A stretch of 63,838 bases of DNA, the filler included, from Basidiobolus ranarum (taxonomy: Eukaryota): the NCBI GenBank assembly GCA_040143965.1. It is 17 parts of 17 records of this genome, joined end to end, with 100 filler letters (N's around TTAATTAATTAA, not from the genome) between each part and the next. Parts side by side here need not be neighbours in the genome. Positions count along the whole stretch, not along the records: positions 48,928 to 52,581 come from JASJQH010002351.1; positions 52,682 to 56,334 come from JASJQH010002352.1; positions 56,435 to 60,086 come from JASJQH010002353.1; positions 60,187 to 63,838 come from JASJQH010002354.1; 13 more parts are not named here. One strand, given 5' to 3'. Shown in pieces: positions 49,504 through 61,440 of the stretch. The translations under genes and the position numbers were made by a program. The notes beneath the pieces were generated by a model, which was given only the letters and a program-made list of their open reading frames with translations, was not told the origin of the DNA and made no database searches. Each line of letters starts with the position of its first letter. Within the stretch, counting starts at the first letter, position 1.

Positions 49504-51478
49504 ATGGTGTCCAATAACCAATTCGTTAAAGAGCTATGGCAGGAGCCTCCCGCGAAACTGAAGTTTTGGAGTAGGGTTGATACTGTGCATGAAAGGGTCG
49601 AAGGTAAATTTAAACTTGTATTGCGTACAAAGGAACTCTTACTTAATTACGTTAACTAAAGTGCACCGAATCAGCCCCCACTTGTCCCTTCGCTCAAAGC
49701 TTAGTCAGGCCTTTCTACAGTACTTTCTGTTGATCTTAATCTATATCATATTCAAAATATATATGACATCTCAATCATTAGACGAAAGAGCTAATGATTT
49801 GAGCTCGAATGTTATTTTGAAATGTCAGTCGGTAGAGCGCGTCTCGTCTGCTCTCGTATCAATTCCTCACCACGCTGTCCGTGCTGTTGAAAGTCAGCTA
49901 ACACATGGAGTTATATTAGCTATTGAAACCACGTCCAAGACTCTTCAGGGACTTGTACGAGCTGCATCTATTGCCTTAGTATGGTTCTTTCGAGCCTACA
50001 CCTCGTTTATTACTTGCATTATCGAATTCGTAATAGATGGAACGGTTGGAGTAGTGAGTGATGTAGTGTGGAAAATTCAAATCCTGGTCAACAAAGCACT
50101 GGAGAACGTGAAATCTGACCTTCTGAGTAGTGTATCTAGTATGAACTCTGGATTCGACACACTTCGGAATAGGTTTGAGAATATATTGAAAGTATTTGAC
50201 CCGAATATACATCTACCGAGCATAGAGATTCCAGATCTTTCTCAAGTCAACATTCAGATTCCAGGCAACTGGTCGGAGAATATCAATCAAATTGTTGGTC
50301 AACTACCCAGTCTACGTGATTTGGAAAATAAGACTTTAGAGGCTTTATTGTCCCCACTGACTTCATTGGAACAGTTCATTCAACAAACAGTGACTGCCAA
50401 AGATTTCGCTGGTATTTCAATTCCCGCTCCCGAAGCTGCTCAAGTACACTTGTGTCAGAAATTGGATTTGGGTTTCATAAAATCCTTTACTGATTCGTTG
50501 AAACAAATTTTGATTTGGATAATTTACCTTCTTATCGGCTTCATTTTACTTGGAGGTCTCATGAATATGGTAAGAATCCTCTTTGCCCATCGAAAGCTAC
50601 AATCTCGGGTAGCCAATTTAAGGTATCAGCTGCAGAAAGTTAGCTCGGATCACGATCTACTAGATATTTATCATACGTGGAACAAGCCATGGCTGTACCG
50701 CCTACAAACAGCGCTCTCCAAAGGAATCTCGAGCTTCAACCGACGCAGCCTTCTTCGGTGGTTTGTTTCGTATGTAACCACACCAAATATGCTTATACTA
50801 TTCTCAATTGGATTGATCTCTTGGCTATTTATTTATCTTCAACTCTTTATCGTCCAAGACCGTATAGTGCGCTACGGTATAGAAGATAGCATGGTCAAAG
50901 GAATGGAAGATATGGAGATAAAAGCGGTTGAATTGGTCAATAATGAGATTCTTGGCGACATAAAAAGCTATGTTGAATCAATTAATGATAAGGTAAGGAA
51001 TATCGAGCAAGAGTTTAACGTGAAGATATCTTCCCACATCCTGGAGGCCACACAAGGACTCAACAACACTCTGGAGTTAACCATACAAGATTACAACACA
51101 GTACTGGGGAAGTTTTTTCTTGGAACACCTATTTATCAGGCTATTATGAAAGTAATGGATTGCTTAGTGACCCAAAAGATACGCATGATACAATCTGGTC
51201 TGACGTACATACATGATGCTGCGAACGTTACGCTCCCGAGACTCAATTCCTCGATGTTACCATTAGACCAGGAGAAAACGGCCAAAACAATCAGATCCAA
51301 CGAAGGGGAGAATCGGAAATGGGTAAATGTCCTTATTCAGAGATATATAGAAGCCTTAAAGAAAGAACTTCCATTCGTATATTTTCTGATAGGCGTTTGG
51401 GTGGCAATGATTATATTTGGAGTAATTGGAGTGATATGGAAATCACGCTATGAGAAGGATTCAATGACTTATTTGTAA
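49504..51478 (+). CDS. PRM1: Plasma-membrane fusion protein PRM1 homologue (exons 49504-49603 and 49662-51478, ~638 aa)
   Basis: PHLSLRSKLSQ matches the PRM1 N-terminal PYLGLRARLSQ motif. Also has C.SVE...S.L.SIPH, Y.SF.TC, FF.GTP.Y..I..V.DCL...KI..IQ.GLT.IH..A.VTLP, and several TM segments. A 58-nt GT-AG intron restores an ATG start. Confidence 0.88.
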
Positions 51479-51519
51479 ATAAATATTTTAAACGAGTCCA
51501 TCCGATTTGCTCCTTGTGA

Positions 51520-51922
51520 CAGAATGTAGTAAATGCATTAAATACACGGCAACTAAGTGGCAAAGTGTCAGGTGGTCGAAATGTACTATATAATGCGCTA
51601 GCTAATTTCAATTTTGTTTTACTGGATAATGGCAGAAACAATAACTGTGTTACCTACACTCTGATCAGTGGGGGTAAATTAAAAATATATCAGAGAATAG
51701 CAAATAATCTGGATTTTGAGGTTACTCGTTATAAAGTGGTTGTATCTTATACTAGTTCAGAATTTTCTACAGGACTCTATAGGTAAGACTAACCAAGATC
51801 AATTTACCATTAAATATAATCTTCTCACCAACAATTGTCAAGATTTTGTAAATCAATTGATATCATGTTTTAAACATTCTATCGAATATAGAATACCTTT
51901 TACTAGCAGTTATAGGTTTTAG
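51520..51922 (+). pseudogene. Possible frameshifted remnant of a PPPDE/LRAT-like (permuted NlpC/P60) protein
   Basis: KYNLLTNNCQDFVNQL matches the Y.LL.NNC..F catalytic-Cys motif. The upstream frame is shifted and no catalytic His is visible. Confidence 0.45.
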
Positions 51923-52204
51923 CAGAGCGGGCCCAGAGCTCTGTTTTATGCTTAATATCGAAATTATCACTACCTCTGGGATAATCAGTACAGTCTCATA
52001 CAAAGCTAGACATCTCCAACCCCAAGTGCCTTTAGCATACATGGCTTCACAATTTACTGGTCTATCAAAAACTCAAACCATTAAACACACGAGTGAGGCA
52101 TATCAAGAGTTTATTGACATAAATAGCTAACAGACTATTGTATTGTGTATCTGTAGCTAATGAAAATGCAAATTATATATTCAAAAATAACTCTAGAGTT
52201 CCCA

Positions 52205-52568
52205 CTATCCACTTTGGGAAACCTGGCAATTTTTCATTTGGTTACTTAATAAATTGACTAAATCCGTTCCCGTTCCATTAGTCTTGAGAACCTCCCTTGC
52301 TTCATCAAGAGCAGTATGCCCCCAACGATCCACAGCCATTACATCAATGTCGGGGTGTCTAAGCAGATAGGACACAACGGTAACACGATTCTCAGAAACA
52401 GCCTTGAAATAATTGTTTGTTCGTTATACATTCCTGAACAACATATGATAACAATGTTATGTTCTTACCAAATGAAGAGGAGTACGCTGATCAAAAACCC
52501 GAACGTTTACCCCAGCTCCGTTTTCAACAAATAGCTTCACCATGTCTAAATTTCCAGAAGCAGCAGCT
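52205..52568 (-). CDS. 3' end of an ankyrin-repeat protein, asparaginase/glutaminase-like C-terminus (exons 52469-52568 and 52205-52402)
   Basis: AAASGNLDMVKLFVENGAGVNVRVFDQRTPLHL|AVSENRVTVVSYLL.HPDIDVMAVDRWGHTALDEA, with a 66-nt GT-AG intron. The ORF track misses this gene. Confidence 0.82.
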
Positions 52569-52681
52569 CTTAAATGAAGATNNNNNNNNNNNNNNNNNNN
52601 NNNNNNNNNNNNNNNNNNNNNNNNNTTAATTAATTAANNNNNNNNNNNNNNNNNNNNNNNNNNNNNNNNNNNNNNNNNNNN

Positions 52682-55600
52682 CACCAAAATGTATAAATGC
52701 TTAATTTCTGGTCAATAAATAATTATCTCACAAAGCTATTCACAACTCCACTTTTCTAAAGTTCCTCCAAACAGCCCATATTTTCCCAATAGAAACTTTA
52801 TTACAGGTTTAAAGAAGACAGACTGAATCTATATCAGTAGTCAATACATTCCCTGCTGAATCTTTCACCATACTTAGAGATCTTAGGACCTTGCTATACA
52901 TTCTGGAAGTGCCCAATTGAGCTCACCCATGGTGAAATGATGCTCTGTGTGAAATTATCAATATTAGCATATCACTACCAAAAATAAAATCAATGTGTTT
53001 TGGATTGGATCCACCCTCTTAAATAGCAAAACCATCAGAGAACCATCATAGTATTGGTGGCTTGCATTCTGCCAAGGATTTGAATGGTGCAATGGGGGTT
53101 TCTTGACTCTATTTGGATGGTATTCATACATGTTGAAATCTTGATCTTCATATTTGGCATGCATTGTTCAATATCCAGCAATTTTGCAAAAATCTAATTT
53201 TCAAAAGGCAAAACTACTGGGTTTACTGCTGTATGAATTTGAATTAATATGCATGCCTTTATTTAGATGTTTTAGGCTTTGAATTCCAGCCATAATGAGA
53301 ATCAAAAAATACAAGAATCTTGTTGTGTTTAGTCTCTACATATGCACATACTTGACTGATCAGACATAACTCAACAACATCAATAGGCTCTATCAGCAAA
53401 GTGATTAAGGAAAAATTGCTCAACATCTGAAATTTGGAATAGCACCAACACTTGGCAAATAGCTGACTCTTATTACTGTTTACAATGAGAGTAAGTTCTC
53501 GGATTATTGCAAGTTTCTAAAAAGAATTCATCCTATGTATCCCCAACATGTAGTAAGCAAATGTCCCGCTACAAGTAGATGTGTCATTGCTTGAATAGCT
53601 TACCCCGTGGCTTAAGCAATTATACTGCATATCTTGAAATATCTCTCCAGGAAGTCTGTATCAAAGCTTTACTAAAAATACCATCAGGTTATCACATAAG
53701 AAAACTAGTCCAAATTATAGAGACTTACTCTGTGTCTGTGGATTAGGCTTTGTTGCTGTTATTGTGCCTGAAAAATGCAAAAATCAATGAGCACATTGAA
53801 AAGAGCCCTGTGTTGGAAGATTAATATACTCTGAAGTCTCCTTAACCCATGACATTACATCCATCACTAATGTTGCTTATATATTGTTAATCAGATTAGC
53901 ATATGGTAATACTGACAATTATACATGGAGCATTATTTCACTGCAGGTGCACTCCATTGGGAACTCCCAGAATGTATAGCAAGGGCCTATAATCTCAAAT
54001 CATTATTAAAGATGCAGTAGGGAATGTATTGAATACTGGCATAGATTCAGTCTGTCTTTTTTAAACCTGTAATAAAGTTCTTCATATCCAATTACAAAAT
54101 TGTTGTACATTCACTGTATGTTCCTGAGATCTTCCAATTTGAATTGATGCTGAGAGAATATATTAACAATGTCAATAAACAACTTCCAATGTTGCCATTA
54201 ATTTCCACACAAAAACTTTTCAAAATTCGACTTCAAAATATACAAATCCAATACTTCCAGTCTTTGCACTTGAATAAATGCCTGGATGAGTGGATATTGA
54301 TAGGAGTCCTGTAATATAGGATGGTATCTTAACCTTTTCAAGTATTTTCCCAATTGATTCAAACTTTGATCCTATATCAAATGCCACATTCATGTCAAAT
54401 TTTCCACTATACAGCTGAGTAAGTGGTATTACAATGTTGTTGAATAGTAAGTGCATAGTGCCTGATGGGAAGCTCTGGTTCCAGCTAATCCCCTTTAGCA
54501 ATACAATGTTAGGCTTGAGGGTAATATCAGGTATGATATTAGACTGCCTATTTGGTGAATTGATATCAGTGATGATGTTAAAGTCTGATCAGGCTCTTGA
54601 TGGTAAAATCATGGAATTTAGTGTTGTATTTGGATAGTTGTAATGCATATGCCTGATAGAGTAAACTCCATTGATTTTACAAAATCTACAGCAAGATAGT
54701 GCATGGTGCCCATAAAAATCTCCAAGTTTGCTGATGGCAGGAGTGTCACCTGTGCATACAATGATATTAGCTTTAATAAAATATTTACCCATCTGAACCC
54801 CATTGGATAACCAATCAAATTCTGAAATCAAAGGCTCCAAGAAGTTATCTATAAGCGCTGGTGATTTAGGTTTAGATATGATGCATAGTATCAAAATATT
54901 ATGTCTGTTATACCATTCAGAAGGAGGAAGATTTAAGTCAATTAAAATTATTGGTCAGCAAGCCTTTCCAATGCTATATTTTTTTAGTGAGAAACAATCC
55001 AGAGCCAATGCAAATGCATGATCATACATGTTCTCAAACAAACCTTGACTTTTCAGATTTTTGTAGTGACATCCATCAAGTACATTGGTAATACCATCAG
55101 CTTTATGGTGAGTGCTTCAGTATAGGATCAATGATCTAAATTTGGGTGATTTCTTCACAACTTTAAGATGGGGAATCAATGGTATGTAGGCCAAATATAA
55201 ACAATATTTACGTGATTCAGTGATTGTCAATTGTGTGCAAACAATACATGACTTCAGGTTTTTAAAGATCACTGGTGAAAGCCAAACAACCATTTGGACA
55301 TGAAGGTAGTTTGATACTGAAGTATAATAAGTCATACAACTGACAAGTGTTTTGCACTTGTACCAGGTGTATGGCAAGTAAAAGTTGCCAATCAACTGTG
55401 GTAAAAGTGTAAGAAAAACAATGAACACCTGGTTGCTATGAATGGATTGAACTCTCCACTTTTCAGTAATCAAAGCTGCTTCCTTTATAGTAAGTGTAAT
55501 AGGTGGACTAATGTTTGCCAAAAGGAAAGAGTACAGAGGAAAACCAATGTCTTCTTCTTCAACTTCTGAAATAATACCATTGGTACTGGAATGACCAAGG

Positions 55601-56334
55601 TCAACATCTAGCAGCAAGGCCTTAAAGTTGTCTGGACTTACTGGTTCAACCAAAGTTACTTTTCTACCTAGATCATTGTGGTCATATAACTGTGGTAACT
55701 CCATAGTATCTTGACTTTTGGCAGTGTTACCAAAGCTTTGAGGCAAAGTACAGTCAGTTGACTCAGTGGGCAAAACTAAAGTCAATTTAGATCACTTTTT
55801 TCTGTTGATATTCACCATGCTTTGTGCAGGTGGTGGCTTTGTACAGTGACCATGCTTGTGATTATTTTTTCTATGAAATCTCTGGCTTTCATAGTATAAG
55901 AATTTAAGACAATAATAGCAGGGCTTCTTTAAACATTTGTGTTGGGCATGAGATGGATGTTGTAGGAAAAAAAACACCTTCTACATAAGATTGGTATTTT
56001 AGGTATAGCCTATAAATATCATCAGCTGATTCTGAGATGGTATCACAGATAAGTCATCAGGGATTTACAAGATATTCCTGGCAATGGATGGCAATTTTGG
56101 TATATTAGACTTGTTCCATCGGACCAGGTCAGATTGTGCCACTCGATCCAGCCTGCTAGTACAACATCTGGTGCAATCTGTCAATTACCATGGCTGGGTC
56201 CTATAACACTTGATTGGACACTATAAGGAACAATATGGCACTATCTCACCACAATTGGACACAATGATTTTTTTGGAGATATTGTGCCAGCACGTACCAA
56301 GTTACCCAATTTAGTATTGCCAAATTACAATTTT
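52682..56334 (-). mobile_element. Longest degenerate copy of the CACTA/EnSpm-like transposase
   Basis: Contains FLEPLISEFDWL, VCTGDTPAISKLGDFYGHHALSCCRFC, MHLLFNNI and YIPLIPHLK. Colinear with 8264-10760. Confidence 0.85.
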
Positions 56335-56434
56335 NNNNNNNNNNNNNNNNNNNNNNNNNNNNNNNNNNNNNNNNNNNNTTAATTAATTAANNNNNNNNNN
56401 NNNNNNNNNNNNNNNNNNNNNNNNNNNNNNNNNN

Positions 56435-57830
56435 AAGAAAATTCAATGATATACAAGGTTGCTAAGATTGGATTACACTCTTCATTCTTAATAATCAGTG
56501 CTCATTCCATGTCTATAGGTTTTATGATTGGACTGATGCCTACCAAAAAAATTAATCCTTAGTGAAACCAACAGCTTCTTTAGATATAGTGCAGTCAGCA
56601 CTGGGATAACAGAGGTCAACATCTAGCAGCATTTGCTCAAAGTTTTCTAAAAATACTGGCTCAAACATAATTGCACTTCTGGCTGCATCTTGATGGTCAT
56701 ATAACTGTGTTAACTCCACTCTATCCTGACCTTTAATTGGGTAGCCAGAACTGCAAGGTAAAGCAAAGCCAATGGACTCAGTAGGCAATCCTAAAGTGGT
56801 CTTCAAGCGCTTATTACTATTGGTGCTCACTAGGCATTGTGCACTTGAGGTCTCTATAGACTGTGCTTGTGGGTATTTTTTCTATGTGGCCTTCAGCATT
56901 TGTAGCCCAAGAATATTTGACAATAATAGCTGAGCTTCTTCAAATATTTCTATTGTGTTCAAAAAAAGTGATTGCTGCAGAAAAAAGAACACCCACTACA
57001 TACGGGGGCATTCAAGATATAAGCAACTGATATTTTAAGCTTATTCTGAGATAGCATTGTGGATGAGCCATCAGGAGATTAGCAACATACTTCTGGTGAT
57101 GGATGGCAATTTTGACCTATTGTAAGTTGTGTCTAATTGACATCATTACACCAAGTTCACCCTTTGAGTATTTTGATGCCATTGAAATACTGTCCCCAAA
57201 GAGGATTAAATTTGGCTTTTGAGCAAAAGCTCACTGCCAGGGCAGAAAATCCCACATGAGGATAAAACTTGATTTGTGACCAGTCTAGCAATTCACTGTA
57301 CATTTTTGAGGAATTAGTATGCAATGAACTAACTCAAATAACCATGAAGCATTATTTCACTTATTCAACATGTGGCATTGGAGGTATAGTGCAAGTGCAG
57401 AGAATGCAATTTCCATATTAAATATTAAATCATCAGTTGATCAAAGTGTAATGGAAACATCTTCAAAACCATAAACTTTCCTAATCCCTACTTTGCAAAC
57501 TTTTGAACACCTCTTTGTGGAAAGTCTGATTGGAACTTTTGCAACAAGGAAAGCGCAGGCAGAGCATCAAAATGACTTATTGAGAGCACAGGTAAAAAAT
57601 AGTTAATGACTATTCAGGCTGTGACAAGCATTAACTCAGCAGTAGTCCACATTATGCAGTGTTTTAAAGCAACTAGTCATTGGTTAGAAAGTCACGCAAC
57701 TACAATGCAGGCACTTTGGAATGCTGAGCTTGAGCTGCAGCAACATGCTAATCTCTCTGTCCATTGTCATTCTGGATTTCAATCAATCACACATCCCTGA
57801 TATGAATGTTACCTTGACAATCTGGCAGAG
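56435..57830. mobile_element. Diverged CACTA-like copy: transposase 5' region (-) and start of divergent ORF2 (+)
   Basis: LPTES...LYD..D...LLDVDL is homologous to 55117-55785. 57176-57800 is homologous to 60586-61219. Confidence 0.65.
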
Positions 57831-57839
57831 CAAATTATA

Positions 57840-58156
57840 TGTTGGAGAATTGCAAATATTGGTGATTTTCACTTGTACATTCATTGAGCTGAAAGTTGAC
57901 ATTTATAGTTTTGTCAAGTTGTAAATAATCTAATGTGTGGATTGTGTTAAGCAAGGTCCCAGGAACCTGAGTGCAAAATTTGGGACTTCTAGTGCAAGTT
58001 TGAAAAATCTACATATCTGAGAACCTCTAAGTGGGTAAAAATATTTCAAGTAAATTCTAATTGAGAATATTAGATAGTATCTGAGTGAGTTATGAGATAA
58101 CTATGTGATAAGCTATATACTACTATATAGGTGTCTGAACAATACTAATTTCAACA
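57840..58156 (-). repeat. LTR family B copy
   Basis: Homologous to 18066-18385 and ends AATTTCAACA. Confidence 0.8.
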
Positions 58157-58170
58157 ATCTACCTTACCTA

Positions 58171-60000
58171 AGATAAAATTGTTATGGGTTTTTGGAAGTG
58201 ATTTGGACAAGACTTGATTTGTGAATCAGACACTTCAGTTTTATGTCATTGAGTATGTCCTATGGATACTTTACTGTGAAACAGGACTATTGGATATGCT
58301 TGGATCAATACAAACATGCCTGTTAAGCATGGATGAAAATTTGAGGTGAGTTTGAAGAAGTTTTGAGAAAATAGTGAAAATTGGTATAAGTGATCTAATT
58401 GATAATTCTATCAATAAGGGCAACAAACGCACACTTTTAAGTGGCAGAATTGACTGCTAAACAATAAGAATAAAAATTAATAGATTACTAAATCAATAGC
58501 TGCCATTTACCTAATTTCAACACTTCCACTCAACTAATTATTTTGTTTTTCACTAAAACCAAGTTTATATCTTAATAGCTTAAATTGTGCTTTAGCTAAA
58601 GGTTTGGTTAAGATATCAGCAATCATTTCTTCAGCAGGACAATAGACAAGTTCAAGATATCATTCTCTATTGCTTCTCCAGCAAAAATGCTGACTAATGT
58701 CCATATGTTTTGTTCTAGTATGAAATGCAAGGTCTTTGGCTAATGAAATACAAATTTGATTATCTTCAAATACATTAATGGCATGTTTTTGCATTTATCC
58801 AATGTCTGTAAATAACTTCCTGAACCATAAAGCTTGTTGTGTAGTAGCAGAGGCTGCCATATACTCTGCTTCTGTAATGGAAAGTGCTATGGTTGGTTGC
58901 TTCTAATTATTCCAAGTTATGGCTGCAATACCATGGAAAGAAGTGTAACAAGTTGTTGATCTTTTATCATCAATGTTCTTCCCAGTCTGGAGCACTGTAG
59001 CCTACAAAAGTTTGTGCATCAGGAGTGCCTGAGTATTTAAAAACTTGCCCTACAGTTCCTCTCAAATATCTGAGTATTTGTTTTAGTGCAGTTTAGTGCT
59101 CAGATCCTGGATCTCTGAGATATTTGCTGACAGTATCCACTGCTACAGCACTATCTGGATGTGTTTCAACCATTGTATTTATTAACTACCCTCTATGGAT
59201 TGATGAGGGAACTCCTGGCTTAGATTTAAGTCATTTTGGCCCAAATCAGAAGATATTTTGAATATTTTTTACTGGGAACCATTGTTGTTAATACATGCTT
59301 TCCAAGCTCCATGCAGAAGCATTTCAAACTGGCTTCAATGTATCTAGATTGTTTCAGCATGATTTTCTTGTTGGGTTTATCTCTCTTAATTTGGATTCCA
59401 AGGAAATTACTTAATTCACCCACTTCAGTCTTCTGAAACCAAAACACAACTTAGATTCCAAGATAAGAATCCTATTTCTAGTTTTTTTGATGTAACTACT
59501 ATGATCTGCTGTGCGTTTTTGAAATGCCGGCAATTCCAAAGCGGTATCTATCTTGTTGTACTACATCCTGGGTGCTTGCTTGAGTCCTTATAAAATACCT
59601 TGCATAGTACAGCCCATATCAGGATGTTTAGATCAACAAATCCTAGTAGTTGTTTTATATAGACTCTACTTCTCAATTTTTGTTAAAGAAGGATTATTTT
59701 AGATCCATATGATGTAAAATAAGGTGATGGATGGCTGAGAGTGCCAGGTTTGATCTAATGGAGCTAAATGTATTTACTGGCATAAAGGTCTCATCAAGAT
59801 CAACTCCTGGAGTCTAGGATAAACCTTTTGCAACTAATCTTGCTTTGTACATGTTTATATTTTCATCAGCTTTGTCTTTATTAGTAGATCCATCTGCAAC
59901 ATTTGGGTCTTTTTCCTGATGGCAGAGGTCTTAAAACCTACACTTGCTGTCCTGGAGTGAAGAAAACTCATCAGACATTGCTTTTTCCCATTATTTTAAA
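58171..60000 (-). mobile_element. Copia 3' half: RT, RNase H, PPT and LTR-A (58171-58522)
   Basis: The minus strand gives YKARLVAKG, GLKQAP, FLGIQIKRD, HPDSAVAV and EEMIADILTKPL. PPT TTAGTTGAGTGGAAG abuts TGTTGAAATTAGG. Confidence 0.9.
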
Positions 60001-60186
60001 TCTGGACCCTTTGGAGCTTGATCTAGAGCCTGGGGATGTCACAGAATGCTGCATAAACAAAGACATCTTTATTAGAAGTGATCAACNNNNNNNNNNNNNN
60101 NNNNNNNNNNNNNNNNNNNNNNNNNNNNNNTTAATTAATTAANNNNNNNNNNNNNNNNNNNNNNNNNNNNNNNNNNNNNNNNNNNN

Positions 60187-61440
60187 AAATCATCATCTTC
60201 TTCTTCGACTTCTGATATACTACTATCAGTATTGGAATAACCAAGGTCAACATCTAGCAGCAGGTCCTCAAAGTTGTCTGGACCTACTGGGTTAACCAAA
60301 TTTGAATTTCTACCTACATTTTTCTGGTCATATAACTGTTGAAACTCCAGGGATCTTGACTTTTAGCACTTTCACCAAAACTTTGAGGTAAAGGACAGCC
60401 AGTGGACTCAATAAGGGTGGTTTTAATGGTGGATTTGATCCATAGCTTCAGCTGATTGTGAGACAGGGTCACAGATGAGTTGTTCTGGGTATTTACAGAT
60501 ATTGCTTGTAATAGATGGCAATTTTAGCTTATTTCAAGCTGTTTCCGAGTAGTTTCCTTACACCGAATTTACCCTCAAAGATTGAAATGCCAGTCAAAAA
60601 GTATTCTCAATCTAAATCATAATTGTCTTCCAAGCAAAAGTCTGCTGGCTCCAAAGGTTAAAAACCAGCAAGAATATAGTACTTAATTGATGAGTAGTCT
60701 AGTAGGTCACTATCCACATTGAGAGGCATTAACATGCTAACAAATAACTCAAATAGTGATGAAGCATTAATAAATTTACCAGATGTGTTCCTTTCTAGCA
60801 ATGGTGCAAGTGAAGAGATTATAGTCCCCTAATTATGCAGTGAATCAATAGTTGAGCAAAGTTGAACAGAAACACAACCAAGACCACCAAATTCCAAAAT
60901 GCATACATTGATTACTGTTGAACACCCTTGTGTAGCTAATTTGGATAGCATTATTATGATAAGAAAATCTCAGGCTGTACACCATAATGATTTGTATGCA
61001 TTCATAAGTAAAAGCTACAAAGTTGCTATAGAGGCCATGACAAGCAAAAATGCTGCAACATTGCAATCAATGCAGCTTTCTGAAGCAACTGGTCAACAGT
61101 TACAGACTTACTCAGCAATGATACAAGATCTTCAGCATGCTGTACTTGTGCTACAGCAAAATGCTGCTCCCTCTGTCCATTCTCAAATGGGATTTCAATC
61201 AAGTTCACACCATACATAACAACATCACTGTGACAATCTAGCAGAGCAGAATATATATTAGACCATTAAGCCTGCACAGTGACCCAAAGTTGCTTGGGCA
61301 CATGAAAGTAGAAATCTAATAGGAAAACTGGCTAACCAAAAGACTGTGAATGCCAGAGCTGCCATCACTTGCTACAATGATGAGTGTTCCTCTGTCCATT
61401 CTTATATCATGTTTGAATAAATCTTACACCATACATATGT
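60187..61440. mobile_element. CACTA-like copy: transposase 5' fragment (-) and divergent ORF2 (+, from ~60586)
   Basis: Homologous to 10330-11110 and 55540-56100. The plus-strand ORF remnant includes the coiled-coil-like segment 60899-61219. Confidence 0.65.

Larger units (their letters stand above)
3675..60186. other. 16 artificial 100-bp contig linkers (N44-TTAATTAATTAA-N44) separating 17 independent contigs
   Basis: Linkers lie at 3675-3774, 7448-7547, 11220-11319, 14988-15087, 18752-18851, 22515-22614, 26277-26376, 30038-30137, 33798-33897, 37557-37656, 41315-41414, 45072-45171, 48828-48927, 52582-52681, 56335-56434 and 60087-60186. The core gives stop codons in all six frames. Contig lengths fall monotonically from 3674 to 3652 bp. 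Confidence 0.99.

Noticed and set aside
3675-60186. Regularly spaced TTAATTAATTAA palindromes about every 3.76 kb
   Set aside because: These are artificial concatenation linkers embedded in N runs. The periodicity reflects size-sorted contigs, so no cross-linker gene cluster (e.g. MDR plus acyltransferase plus methyltransferase) can be inferred.
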